A DNA stretch of 64,000 bases, taken from IMG/VR virus record IMGVR_UViG_3300020366_000001, positions 123,436-187,435 of that record. One strand, 5' to 3'. Both the position numbers and the translations under genes were made by a program. Position 1 is the stretch's first letter, and the number at the start of each line of letters is the position of its first letter. This DNA is from a virus. Its lineage: Duplodnaviria > Caudoviricetes. Positions 1-10,158 of the stretch are shown here, piece after piece. Under the pieces are notes generated by a model. It worked only from the letters and a program-made list of their open reading frames with translations. It ran no database searches and was not told where the DNA came from.

Positions 1-93
1 TGCTACCAATGGTGCAAATATATCTTGGGGTACCTCGAACTCATACAGAGTTGTCGGTAGGATTGGTATCTTTTTTACCGAAGATTGTGTCAT
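1..93 (-). CDS. 5' fragment of a gene running off the window, possibly another 2OG-Fe(II) oxygenase-like protein
   Basis: Open frame MTQSSVKKIPILPTTLYEFEVPQDIFAPLVA... The IPILPTTLY start resembles the 'LFPTxIY' N-termini of the other oxygenases in this window. Confidence 0.4.
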   Translation of the reverse strand, partial: MTQSSVKKIPILPTTLYEFEVPQDIFAPLVA

Positions 94-301
94 AGTCGTA
101 GTTTGTTCCATACTCGCGGTTACATCCATCACAAATTTGTTTAAGGGTAGGATCTTCCTTGGGTTTGGGTACAGCACCACGCTCACGCAGTTGACGCCAG
201 GTATATACTGGACCGTGGTCACGTTGTGCACGATAGAATGGTTCTAGTGCAGCAGCGTCCTTCACTGACAGTGTGTGACGTGGTGGGAGTGTTCCTTGCA
301 A
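41..301 (-). CDS. hypothetical protein (CxxC motif)
   Basis: 86-aa ORF on the coding strand containing ICDGC; start codon uncertain. Confidence 0.5.
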   Translation of the reverse strand: MQGTLPPRHTLSVKDAAALEPFYRAQRDHGPVYTWRQLRERGAVPKPKEDPTLKQICDGCNREYGTNYDYDTIFGKKDTNPTDNSV

Positions 302-333
302 TACTAGGTTGCGAATGACATTATTATACCATT

Positions 334-355
334 AAAAAGAGGGGTAGAACCCCTC
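334..355 (-). terminator. intrinsic terminator
   Basis: GAGGGG-TTCTA-CCCCTC hairpin followed by T5 on the minus strand, at the end of the structural gene run. Confidence 0.7.
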
Positions 356-368
356 GTGTGCCACTTTT

Positions 369-614
369 TCAATTGGCTTTTCGGATCTTTTCTAGTAGTG
401 AATCCGCAATTTGTTGTTGTCGCTGTCGATATTGGTGTCGTTTGGTGTTATCTGTACTCTGATTGAACTTCAGTTGTGTCATCTGTTCAGCAAACATATG
501 CTTGTAAGTGAGAATCATCTCTTTAAGATAACCTCTCTCTTCCAGAGTGGTATTGATATCCCTAAAGACATTACAATCAACGGTGTGTTTTGAAGGTAGA
601 GAGTGAGCGCCCAT
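369..614 (-). CDS. hypothetical protein
   Basis: 81-aa ORF co-oriented between the 1462-aa gene and the terminator. Confidence 0.55.
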   Translation of the reverse strand: MGAHSLPSKHTVDCNVFRDINTTLEERGYLKEMILTYKHMFAEQMTQLKFNQSTDNTKRHQYRQRQQQIADSLLEKIRKAN

Positions 615-641
615 AATAATGTTCAGGATGTTAGTAGTATA

Positions 642-3600
642 TCACGATTGAGTGAACGTTTGCAACTCCTGCGTTACAGCATTGAAGGTACCAAGGTTAG
701 TAATATCGTTGACCTTAACACTTCCTGCAGGAACATTAAGCATTGTAGTAGCATTTACTGCTCCATAGAAGAACCTAGTGCCATCTCTATACGGATCGTT
801 ACTTGATCCTGGTTCTGCTTGGTTAATCTCAAGAGCATACATCGACTGACCAGTGATGTTAATTGATGTATCTCTTTCATCCCAAACAACAGACAGAGGA
901 CCAACTGTATGATATGCTGCCTGCTTCTTAGACAGATCCATTGGTAACTTAGCAGTCAACAGATGTCTATCATTAGGTGTACCAGAGTTAGCAGCATTCA
1001 TTGAGAACATCAGCGTGCCATACTGGTGACCCAGCACTGCAACACCTGCAGGTTCAGTGATACCACTGGTGCTCAACTTACCAATCCTGGTGATATTACA
1101 ACCAGTCACACTCTTATTGTGTGCAGCACTCACGTTACCGTGAACACTCTGCGCAATTACACCAGCAGTGGTGATTTCACAGATGTAGGTGTCAAGTTGG
1201 TTGAACTGGTTGGTGATAGATGCGACAGCGTAGAGTTTGTCCTGAGATACCTCGTGGGGATTAAATCTATGGTGTGCATAGGTAGACTGAGATATGCCAC
1301 CTTGACCAAAACCAGTATCATTGAAATAATAATGCTCAAATTCAGTATTTAATGCAAAATCCTGAATTCCAGGAACTTCATTATGTCCCCAAACTATGTC
1401 TTTGATGGTATCTGCACCACTACTATTATTGATAGTGAAACTAGAGAAGGAGTGTGGACGGTTACTAACAGTGTTGGTGAATGAAGGGAATGCATTAGTT
1501 GCATCCCACGTATCATTAGCAACGATGATAATACCGTTAGTATCACCTGCTTGAGTTTCAGATCCAGAGACAGCGTAGGTGCAACCACCTTCCGCAGCAT
1601 TATTTCCTGAACCTCTCATCACATTGCCAATACCCTTACGCCACTTAAACTTATTAAGTTGCAAGTCGTCACCAATAATATATCCACGACCATAACCACC
1701 AGCGCTACTACCCATTACGTTGGCACTTGTATCAACTGAGAAGAATCCGTACATACCACGGGTAGTATTACCAGTGGAATCGTAGGTTTTACCAGCGTAA
1801 CCAACCTTGATAGAGTTAGTACCACCACCGCCAGGACTACGTTCTTCGAGAGCAGTATCAATACCAAAGATACCATCAACAGCATTACCTGCTTGTGAAC
1901 CACCAAGAGCAAACTGAACATTATTAAGTGTGGTGGCAAGCGGTGTAGCAAGACCAGTATCTGTACCAGCAACTTGTAGTCTGATACCCACAACCTCTGC
2001 CATTTGTGTTGATTGCCCACCACTTTCTTGGGTGAAGTGACCACCAACAAACAAGACACCTGCACTAGGTGAGTTCAACTCAACAGAAACACAGTGTGCT
2101 TGGAAGTTAGCAGGTGCGCTGCCAATATAAGTGGAGTTACTTTCAGTAATCTCGTAATCCCATTGATAATTCAGATCTTTGTCATAACATACAATATAAC
2201 CTAAACCATAGTTATTACCACCTGTAGTGTTGGCAGTCCAACCCACACAATAGATGTTACCATATGGATCAACATCAATACCTTTAGGATATGTGTTGTA
2301 TCCAGTGTGATATGCACGTGCTTCAATACCACCAGTAGGACCGTGCCTGGTGAGAACTTGTGTTCTCAGTCCAGTGTTACCATCCCAATACTGTGATAAT
2401 GTGAGCAAACCATTAGGCACCTCTTGCTTATCAATTCGTGCAGCATTAGGTTGTCCCGCAACACCGTGAAGTTGGTGATTACTAGGGTTAGCATTACTAT
2501 AATCTAATTGTGCATTGTCAGTTGCAACTGACTGATCCACATACAAATGACACGGGCAAGATGCAATTGCTTCAATTCTTGTATCAAATTCGTTCTCAGT
2601 CTGCTCAGCATATGACTGTAAGAACATACTTGATGTAGTTCTACGATCAGCACGATCCCATTGTCTATTCTGTGTGCTATCTAACTGCACATTTTGTGTT
2701 GGTGCAGACCACAAATACCTATTCTGATAGGTACCAGTGTCAAGTGTGACCAATCTAGAAGGACTGATAGATGTAGTTGCTTGATAGTTATTGATTGTAG
2801 TAGGTGCAGCAGTCGAAGAAGGATCAGTCGCAGAGCTGATGTCTGTGTTCCACAGAGTACAAGTGCGGAGAAGTTTATACTTCTCAAGACCACTATTATC
2901 ATTGTTAGTTGCGTTCAGATCATACACAACTTCATCCCAACAACGTACGATGGTTGCAGGAGTGTAGTCAAAGTTGATATCAATGTATGTTCCTGATGCA
3001 TCAGTGACTTCAATAGGACCAACTAAATCACCATTATGAGGCAGTTTAAAGATTGTATTTCTAACAAAGTGACCCGAAGATCCAACGTTGTTAGAACTCA
3101 CATAACGTGCAGTAACAATCATATTGTTAAATGCGTCAAAATTGATGCTGTCTAACAGGACACCACCATCTTGCTCCATTGCATAATAATATCCAGGAGT
3201 ATTAGGCACTGGATTGAATGCATCTCCAGGTTTTCTACCAGGAGTTCCAGCTCTAATCTCTCTAATATAATCTACAGTGCCATCAAACTCAATCTTAGCA
3301 ATGAAACCAATGTAATTTGCCTTTGACTCATAGTTATTGCCACTAGTATTGTCATAACCATCAGCATTACGTGCACCAATAACATTACCAATGACGTAAA
3401 TGCCATTGCTAAACACTTTACTATCAGTGACTTGAATGTCATTACCAGCGAAGTTTACACCTTCGCGATAGTACATATCACTACCAATACCAGTCTCACT
3501 GGTGTCATAACCACAGTTATTACCATCCCTAACATACATCTTAGGAATAGTAAAGAATGATCTCACCCAATCGAGAGCATTAGTGGCAATATTCTTTTTC

Positions 3601-5030
3601 TGTACCTGTACAAAGTTAGTATGTCTACCAATCTTCCAGTGGTGGTTGTCTGCAGTTCTCGAAGAAATAACATTTCCAAGATTAACAGTAGGACCAGGAG
3701 TTAGACCAGCAGTTGTCACATACTCATAGGTAGTGCCAGGTGCAGGTTCTTTCTCTACCTTACACACCTTAACAGGTGCTTGATTAATTAAATCATAATA
3801 TGTGAAATCATAATCAGTAGTATTCCAATCATATCTGATGTATGAAGCAGTGCAATCAGTCTGTGTGTTGCCTGGGTCTCCAGTGTCAAAGAACTGATAG
3901 TATACAGGGTTACCTTGAATAGTAGAGACTGACTGATCCCTCATATTGCGAGCTTTGTTGGTCATAGACCAAGGAATCACCAGTTTGCCATTGACATCAA
4001 TTGCCATTCTGACATTCTGATCCCATCCACCAGGATAAACTAGTTCTCTTGATTGAATAGCAACTCCATCAAACGGAATTCGTAGAAGATGGAATGTAGA
4101 TCTAGTGTTAGAGAGATCCGTACCACTGGCATTAGCAGCAACCCCAATATAAAATTGTGAATTGCTCTGATCAATAACAATATTACTAGTACATTGCGGA
4201 CGACCACCAAAATGAGGACCATCAGTTGCTAATGCTTCGTGTACACCAAGAGCTCCAGACTTGTTCACACCAAGAGTCTTAACATTATCACTCTCCGCCA
4301 ATTCAACAGAGCGGTGTCCACTACCATTTAAGTCTACTGCTACGTGAGCAAGAACTGATGCGTCAGTAAGGCTATTAACACTCGTGAAAGCTGCCAATCT
4401 AGGAGCGCTACGAACCATCTTAAGATCACTAGCACCCGTCAGTGATCTCATTTCATATGCTTGGTTTGCTCTGTTCTCAAAAATATTTGAGAACGTAGCA
4501 CCACTAGAACTCATCGTGTTAATAGAGCTACGATAAGATGCCGTGTTTGTCGTAGTGTATTGATTCTCCCAGATTCGTGTTCCAGATGAACTAAACTTGA
4601 TAAAGCGATAAACAGCGTCAGTTGTAGTGTCGTTGTAGGCGGAGTTGGAATCATTATTACGTTTATTATTATATGCTGTTCCGTTCGCAAGGTTCGTGGT
4701 CTCTACCACACAAATAAAAATGCTATTATCTGACGTGTTACACGCCAACGCACAAGGGAAAACGTTCTTCGCTGTGGAAATAGTATACTGCCACGAGATA
4801 GCACCGATTGCACCAAACTTTGCAACGATGACATTATACATCCCCGTCAGATTATTCATCTGACCATTGAGTGTATACACATCACCAGAGGATGACGTAG
4901 CAACATCAAACATACCAGATGGTTTTCTATAACTGGTATCGTTTTTAGTTGCTTGACTGTTTTCTAATAGGGTATAGAAATTGCCGCCGCCACCCGACGA
5001 CATCATCCCTTTCGCTGCAAATAATGGCAT
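642..5030 (-). CDS. large virion/tail-tip protein with beta-propeller-like repeats
   Basis: 1462 aa, S/T/N/G-rich, with blade-like motifs (GIDVDPYGNIYCVGWT, SINFDAFNNMIVTARY); lies in the tail-fibre cluster. Confidence 0.7.
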   Translation of the reverse strand: MPLFAAKGMMSSGGGGNFYTLLENSQATKNDTSYRKPSGMFDVATSSSGDVYTLNGQMNNLTGMYNVIVAKFGAIGAISWQYTISTAKNVFPCALACNTSDNSIFICVVETTNLANGTAYNNKRNNDSNSAYNDTTTDAVYRFIKFSSSGTRIWENQYTTTNTASYRSSINTMSSSGATFSNIFENRANQAYEMRSLTGASDLKMVRSAPRLAAFTSVNSLTDASVLAHVAVDLNGSGHRSVELAESDNVKTLGVNKSGALGVHEALATDGPHFGGRPQCTSNIVIDQSNSQFYIGVAANASGTDLSNTRSTFHLLRIPFDGVAIQSRELVYPGGWDQNVRMAIDVNGKLVIPWSMTNKARNMRDQSVSTIQGNPVYYQFFDTGDPGNTQTDCTASYIRYDWNTTDYDFTYYDLINQAPVKVCKVEKEPAPGTTYEYVTTAGLTPGPTVNLGNVISSRTADNHHWKIGRHTNFVQVQKKNIATNALDWVRSFFTIPKMYVRDGNNCGYDTSETGIGSDMYYREGVNFAGNDIQVTDSKVFSNGIYVIGNVIGARNADGYDNTSGNNYESKANYIGFIAKIEFDGTVDYIREIRAGTPGRKPGDAFNPVPNTPGYYYAMEQDGGVLLDSINFDAFNNMIVTARYVSSNNVGSSGHFVRNTIFKLPHNGDLVGPIEVTDASGTYIDINFDYTPATIVRCWDEVVYDLNATNNDNSGLEKYKLLRTCTLWNTDISSATDPSSTAAPTTINNYQATTSISPSRLVTLDTGTYQNRYLWSAPTQNVQLDSTQNRQWDRADRRTTSSMFLQSYAEQTENEFDTRIEAIASCPCHLYVDQSVATDNAQLDYSNANPSNHQLHGVAGQPNAARIDKQEVPNGLLTLSQYWDGNTGLRTQVLTRHGPTGGIEARAYHTGYNTYPKGIDVDPYGNIYCVGWTANTTGGNNYGLGYIVCYDKDLNYQWDYEITESNSTYIGSAPANFQAHCVSVELNSPSAGVLFVGGHFTQESGGQSTQMAEVVGIRLQVAGTDTGLATPLATTLNNVQFALGGSQAGNAVDGIFGIDTALEERSPGGGGTNSIKVGYAGKTYDSTGNTTRGMYGFFSVDTSANVMGSSAGGYGRGYIIGDDLQLNKFKWRKGIGNVMRGSGNNAAEGGCTYAVSGSETQAGDTNGIIIVANDTWDATNAFPSFTNTVSNRPHSFSSFTINNSSGADTIKDIVWGHNEVPGIQDFALNTEFEHYYFNDTGFGQGGISQSTYAHHRFNPHEVSQDKLYAVASITNQFNQLDTYICEITTAGVIAQSVHGNVSAAHNKSVTGCNITRIGKLSTSGITEPAGVAVLGHQYGTLMFSMNAANSGTPNDRHLLTAKLPMDLSKKQAAYHTVGPLSVVWDERDTSINITGQSMYALEINQAEPGSSNDPYRDGTRFFYGAVNATTMLNVPAGSVKVNDITNLGTFNAVTQELQTFTQS

Positions 5031-5033
5031 TTA

Positions 5034-5951
5034 TCAGAACTCCTGACCAGAAGTGAACCCGTAGTAAATAGTACCGCCGTTAAATGTGGTGAACAAGAAA
5101 ATATCAGTTGCGTTAGGGTTAGTAGATACTGTAGGTACCACACTACCTGCCCACTTAACAGTACGACCCACAAAGTTACTTAGGTCAACAGTTCTACCGC
5201 CAACTCCATCTTGTGTCAACACCAGAATAAAACTAGTTGATGCTGCTGCTTGCTCACCAGTGAGTGTAAAACCAGTGATGTTTTCAGACAATGTAATAGT
5301 GAAGATTGTTGCTCCTCTTACATCGAGACTAACAACTCCACTACTAATGCTCTCTGCCATCACTTCCTCAGAATATGCTGGGACGTGCAGTCTAGCAGGA
5401 CCACTACCTTCTAAGAATTTGAATACATCTGCTTGCTCATCATAGAGCATCTTAGTATTGAGTGCAGTACCACGCTCAATCTCAATACCAGCAGATGCAT
5501 CAGAGTGCTGAATGCCAGCACCAGTTTCACCACTGTTCAACACAATCGTGTTGTCAGAGATAGTGGTGTTCGTAGTGTTTACAGTCGTCGTCGTCCCTGA
5601 GACCGTAAGATCGCCAGTGATAGTAGCGTTTGGAGCAGTAAGAGTGTTACTAGAAGCGTCATAACTAAATCCTGACTCGCCTCCAAATCCAGTGCCTGTT
5701 TTATATTGAATTTGTCCGTCTGCATCTCCACCAGAGGCAGACTCAGTTCCTCGTGCTAAGTATTCCCAACTGCTGTGAAGAACATTGTTAGTTGACGGGG
5801 CGTTTCCCGTAGTATTGGCAATACAAATATAAGCAGAGGTAGTAGCACCATCATAATGACTAACGGCGTCATCTACTTCATAGGCAGTACCAGCATTGTA
5901 CGTGCCTCTCCACTTGATTTTAATCTTGCCTACATCGATTGTAAGAGCCAT
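5034..5951 (-). CDS. tail fibre adaptor-like protein
   Basis: N-terminal IDVGKIKIKWRGTYNAGTAYEVDDAV module and C-terminal WAG..P...DIF.F.TFNGG..YGF domain; paralogous to 6930-8183. Confidence 0.7.
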   Translation of the reverse strand: MALTIDVGKIKIKWRGTYNAGTAYEVDDAVSHYDGATTSAYICIANTTGNAPSTNNVLHSSWEYLARGTESASGGDADGQIQYKTGTGFGGESGFSYDASSNTLTAPNATITGDLTVSGTTTTVNTTNTTISDNTIVLNSGETGAGIQHSDASAGIEIERGTALNTKMLYDEQADVFKFLEGSGPARLHVPAYSEEVMAESISSGVVSLDVRGATIFTITLSENITGFTLTGEQAAASTSFILVLTQDGVGGRTVDLSNFVGRTVKWAGSVVPTVSTNPNATDIFLFTTFNGGTIYYGFTSGQEF

Positions 5952-5985
5952 TTAACTCAATTGGGTACTTGTTCTCTTTTGTTAT

Positions 5986-6933
5986 TTAGGGTCTGACAAA
6001 TGCTATTAGCCCGCCACCACCGCGACCACCATTGGATCCACCACGTCCGACGTTAGATCTCCAATAGGTGTTACCAGTCTGTGGAGCATTGCCTCCATTG
6101 CCACCTCTAACCGTGGTGCCATTGTCAACACTTCCAATATATCCAGATCCTCCGCCACCGCCGCCAGGTCCAGAGTTGCTACCACCGCCACCGCCGTAGT
6201 AACCTCCTCCACCACCAGCGCCTGATCCAGTGCCATTGCCACCATTGAATGCAGAACCAGTACCAGCACCGCCAGGAGCAGCACCACCACCAGATTGACT
6301 ACCGCCAGATCCACCACGACCAGTAGCATTACTAGCACTGCCGCCTGAATCACCGCCACCGCCACCACCAGTTGCAGTGTCACCTGATCCACCACCGCCG
6401 CCACCAGCAACGATGATAGCAGCACTAGTGTTTGTACTACTGCCTTCATAAATTGCAGTCAAACCACCGCCACCTGCGCCATCAAATTGACTGCTAGTTG
6501 TGCCACCAGCGTGACCACCACCAGTATTCTTCGCATTATATCCAGTGTTGTTGCCAGGACTTTGACTACCGCCCTCACCAGCACCACCAACATAAATCTG
6601 ATACGAGACACCTGCTTGGAAAATGTATGTTCCAGTGGAGTATCCACCTCCACCACCAGTCTGTCCACCAGATCTCTTGGTGCCACCACCACCTGCACCC
6701 CACATATGAATTTGGAGCGCAATGTCACGATCAACAGTGAAAGTTATGTTATGCCACCCAGTACCACCATTACCATTCTCTGCATCGAGAATATAATTTA
6801 AACCAGGACTGATATTGTATGATGCATTATGCTGACCGCTAAACGAAAGTTGAGCAGACGTAGAAATAGGTGCACCTCCTCCACCAGAGGAAGATGAAGC
6901 AATAATACCCTTGGACCAACCAATAGGACTCAT
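5986..6933 (-). CDS. glycine-rich protein, candidate adhesin/receptor-binding tip
   Basis: Many GGGGG runs with the MWGAGGGG / IIVAGGGGG / GGGGGYYGGGGG pattern typical of polyglycine-II glycine-rich domains. Start set at ATG 6933 (ATGA overlap with the upstream stop). Confidence 0.7.
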   Translation of the reverse strand: MSPIGWSKGIIASSSSGGGGAPISTSAQLSFSGQHNASYNISPGLNYILDAENGNGGTGWHNITFTVDRDIALQIHMWGAGGGGTKRSGGQTGGGGGYSTGTYIFQAGVSYQIYVGGAGEGGSQSPGNNTGYNAKNTGGGHAGGTTSSQFDGAGGGGLTAIYEGSSTNTSAAIIVAGGGGGGSGDTATGGGGGGDSGGSASNATGRGGSGGSQSGGGAAPGGAGTGSAFNGGNGTGSGAGGGGGYYGGGGGSNSGPGGGGGGSGYIGSVDNGTTVRGGNGGNAPQTGNTYWRSNVGRGGSNGGRGGGGLIAFVRP

Positions 6934-8183
6934 TGAAAGTCTGTGCCTCCTACGAAACCAAGCCAATTACTGCCACCATTGAAGGTTGACAGTGTAATAA
7001 CATCTATTCTACCAGCAGTTGATGTCATTGTGGGAGATGTACCACCTGCCCACGCAGTGTTAGCAGGCCACGCAACGTTGTATGAACCATTTGATGTCAT
7101 CACAAATGTCAATGACACAGCACGTGCACCTGCTGGCAAAGTAATGTTAAACGCAGTAATAATATCATTACGAGTAACACTAAACACAGATCCTGTCGTA
7201 GCATCAATGTTTAGATTGCCGCTGCCATCGATAGCAGCACTAACATTTGCTTCATCAAAACAACCATTGATTCTAAATGGTGTATTGATGGTGGTCATAC
7301 TTTCAGTGATCTGGAGTTTATTTGCTCCAATAAGATCAAAATCAATACTAGGTGCAGAAGTATGTTTATTGTCAAACGTAACTGCACCACCGTCATTCTC
7401 CATAGTGAATGGATCAGTACGGAGAGAATTCTTATGTAAATGAATACCAGACTTCTGTGCAGCAGAAGTGTTGGGCATCACTTCAATATATGTACCATTC
7501 GCAGTGGAATGATCAGATCTAAATCGTGCAACAATGTCATCATTGCCTGCACTAGAAGTTGATCTAACATCTAAACGAGTAGCAGGAACTGAAGTACCAA
7601 TACCTACACGATCAGTTGTGTTATCAAAGACTAAACCATTTGTCTTAACTGCAAGACTAGTGCTAGCAGCAAGATCAGTAACAGAAATTGTTGCTGGCAG
7701 TCTAGCATTACTAACAGTACCACTAGTAACTTGCTCAGCAGCAATATTAAAAGTTAGTTGATTAGCACCCTCAAAGAATGCAGTTGCACGAACACTACCA
7801 GTGACATCAACATCATATGTGGTAGAAGTACCAGTAACAGCAATAGATGGGACAGTCATCAAATCCGTAGAAGGATCATATGTAAATGCTGTCTCACCAC
7901 CTAGTGACAATCCATTCTTATACTGAATTTGATTGGATGCTGTGCCCCCAGGTTGCAAACCACCAGCAAGACCACCAGCAGCAAATAGATTCCAATAATT
8001 TGTATCTACTGTGCCAGTAACTGAAGGTGGTTGATTGGTGTGTCCCGCGACACAAATGTACGAACTAACAGTGGACCCATCGTCATACCATACTAGGTCA
8101 TCCACCACATAATCGGTGGAACTTGACCAGTTACCTGTCCAGGTAAGCTTGATCTTACCTACATCGATGAAAAATTGTGACAT
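6930..8183 (-). CDS. tail fibre adaptor-like protein
   Basis: IDVGKIKLTWTGNWSSSTDYVVDDLV N-terminus, RVGIGTSVP fibre motif, same C-terminal domain as 5034-5951. Confidence 0.7.
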   Translation of the reverse strand: MSQFFIDVGKIKLTWTGNWSSSTDYVVDDLVWYDDGSTVSSYICVAGHTNQPPSVTGTVDTNYWNLFAAGGLAGGLQPGGTASNQIQYKNGLSLGGETAFTYDPSTDLMTVPSIAVTGTSTTYDVDVTGSVRATAFFEGANQLTFNIAAEQVTSGTVSNARLPATISVTDLAASTSLAVKTNGLVFDNTTDRVGIGTSVPATRLDVRSTSSAGNDDIVARFRSDHSTANGTYIEVMPNTSAAQKSGIHLHKNSLRTDPFTMENDGGAVTFDNKHTSAPSIDFDLIGANKLQITESMTTINTPFRINGCFDEANVSAAIDGSGNLNIDATTGSVFSVTRNDIITAFNITLPAGARAVSLTFVMTSNGSYNVAWPANTAWAGGTSPTMTSTAGRIDVITLSTFNGGSNWLGFVGGTDFQ

Positions 8184-8187
8184 TGCT

Positions 8188-10134
8188 TTATCTTACTGTG
8201 ACGATGAGATGCCCACTACTATCTATAGCAAAAGTCAGACCCGCTGGTGCGAAGAACTGATGAGTGTTAAGATTCGATGAGTAGTCATTGTATGAAATAT
8301 TTGTCTGTCTACCAGCATAGACAACAGTCAAATTACTAGATCCTGGTTGAGGTTTACGAATGATGTAGTAGTCACCAGCATCACCTGCTTCTTTCCAGTT
8401 AGTGCCATTCCAAGTCTTAAATGTATCTTGACTGGTGTTGTAGAAGATCTGACCATTAGCAGGGGTTACAGGATCAGTAGCACCAGTAATGTCAATCTTC
8501 TCAGAAGTTGCGGCACCATCAGCTAACTTAGCAGTAGTGATATTATTATTTCTAACAACATCAGTGGTGACTGCCTCACTGCCAGCAAGACTACTGAGTT
8601 TTGGTGAAGTCACAGAGTCATTAGCCAGGTTACCTTCGATAATACCTCCTACCGCAATTTTACTTGCGGAGACGGCATTGTCAGCCAGTTTTGGTGTGGT
8701 CACACTCAAGTTAATGATCTTGTTTGTGGACACCGACAGGTCATCTAGCGTGTCCGTCTGGACTCGCGTGAAATCTTGCAGGGTACCAGTTGCGGTTGCG
8801 GGCGACGTGAAGACGTAGCCTGTAGAATAAGCACTGTAAATGCTGCCGTTATAATAGCGTACTCTAACATAATAGTTTGTTGAGGGGCGAATAGAATCAG
8901 TAGGAATCGGGAACGTAGTTTTGTTCGTAGTGTCATCAGTTGCAACAATCACTTTGTTAGTGAATCCTGCATCTGTAGCGACTTCCCAATCACTACTAAC
9001 GTGTGCTTGTGCTGCAGTAGGAGTAGCAACAAACGTTGAGGACACAACATCCATTCTGTCATAGATGTTGGACTCAGTAATAGAAGTAACTTCAGGACAT
9101 TGCAACTCAGCAGGTACTGCTGTTGTTGCAAAGTAAATTGGTTCCGACCATTCAGAATACCAGTTTGTGTTCTGTAAGTCAACATACTGATAACGAACCC
9201 TAACATAGTAAGTGTTCGCTTCTTCTAAGATGCCAGCACCAATAGTGATAAAAGTTTTGTTGTTAATATCATTAGCAGACTCAAATACCAATCCACTTGT
9301 ATTAGTAATTTGAGGAGATGCGCTATATGATGTGCCAGGTGCTTGTCCACCGCTACTACCGAATGTGCTACTAGTAGAGATCTGCCACGTAGAAGATACG
9401 TGAGTTGCACCATTATATCCAATAAAACCAGATGCTGTAATTGTAGGTGTCAGGGTTGATCCCGTGGCACTATTGACAGGTGCAAGTATATTGGGTCGGT
9501 TGATCTTTGGATTGACATTCGTCTGAGTATCAGTATAGAAGGAGGTAGGATCACTCCATTCAGACGCTTGTAAAAGATTATCCTTATATCTTACTCTTAC
9601 ATAATAAAGAGTATCATAGGATAGAGTTTGTGGTGTATATTGTGTCAGACTAGTAGGAGAATCAACTAACTCCTCATAGATTGACGTGAAGTTTAGATCA
9701 GTAGAGATCTGCCAATGAGATCTCGTATGAGTATTGACACCCACATACGCAGAAGATGTGATGATAGGAATCAAACCAGTTGGAGAATTAACACTAACAG
9801 TTGGAGTGTTAATCGTCAGACCAGTGTTGAAAGTAGCAACTTTCGACCAGTTAGAAATATTACCAAGGTCATCACGATGTCTGACACGAGCGTAATATGT
9901 GACGTTAGACGATAACGTAGAACCAGGCAGAGTTACAGACAATAAGTTGACTGTATCATTCTGGTTGTAAGCGTATGTTCCCGTGGTAAAGGTTGCCGTC
10001 GTAGAAATTTGCCAATCGGTTGACTGGTGACTACCAACCCCAGTCTCACCACTAAAAGTAGAGGTGAGAAGCGTGGGAGTTAATGATGCTGGCGACGGAA
10101 TACTCCCCATTGCGGGTGGGTAGATGAGTGCCAT
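8188..10134 (-). CDS. virion structural protein with four FN3/Ig-like repeats
   Basis: Four repeats of H.S..W(Q/E)(I/V).T...F ... YY.RVR(Y/H) ... S.(W/Y)S; VTT.KLAD stalk repeats; C-terminal FAIDSSGHLIVT. Confidence 0.7.
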   Translation of the reverse strand: MALIYPPAMGSIPSPASLTPTLLTSTFSGETGVGSHQSTDWQISTTATFTTGTYAYNQNDTVNLLSVTLPGSTLSSNVTYYARVRHRDDLGNISNWSKVATFNTGLTINTPTVSVNSPTGLIPIITSSAYVGVNTHTRSHWQISTDLNFTSIYEELVDSPTSLTQYTPQTLSYDTLYYVRVRYKDNLLQASEWSDPTSFYTDTQTNVNPKINRPNILAPVNSATGSTLTPTITASGFIGYNGATHVSSTWQISTSSTFGSSGGQAPGTSYSASPQITNTSGLVFESANDINNKTFITIGAGILEEANTYYVRVRYQYVDLQNTNWYSEWSEPIYFATTAVPAELQCPEVTSITESNIYDRMDVVSSTFVATPTAAQAHVSSDWEVATDAGFTNKVIVATDDTTNKTTFPIPTDSIRPSTNYYVRVRYYNGSIYSAYSTGYVFTSPATATGTLQDFTRVQTDTLDDLSVSTNKIINLSVTTPKLADNAVSASKIAVGGIIEGNLANDSVTSPKLSSLAGSEAVTTDVVRNNNITTAKLADGAATSEKIDITGATDPVTPANGQIFYNTSQDTFKTWNGTNWKEAGDAGDYYIIRKPQPGSSNLTVVYAGRQTNISYNDYSSNLNTHQFFAPAGLTFAIDSSGHLIVTVR

Positions 10135-10158
10135 TTTACTTTTATCCTATACAGTAAT

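Noticed and set aside
5034-8183. Diversity-generating retroelement or invertible fibre cassette
   Set aside because: The paralogy is at protein level only; no reverse transcriptase, recombinase or near-identical adenine-variable repeats seen.
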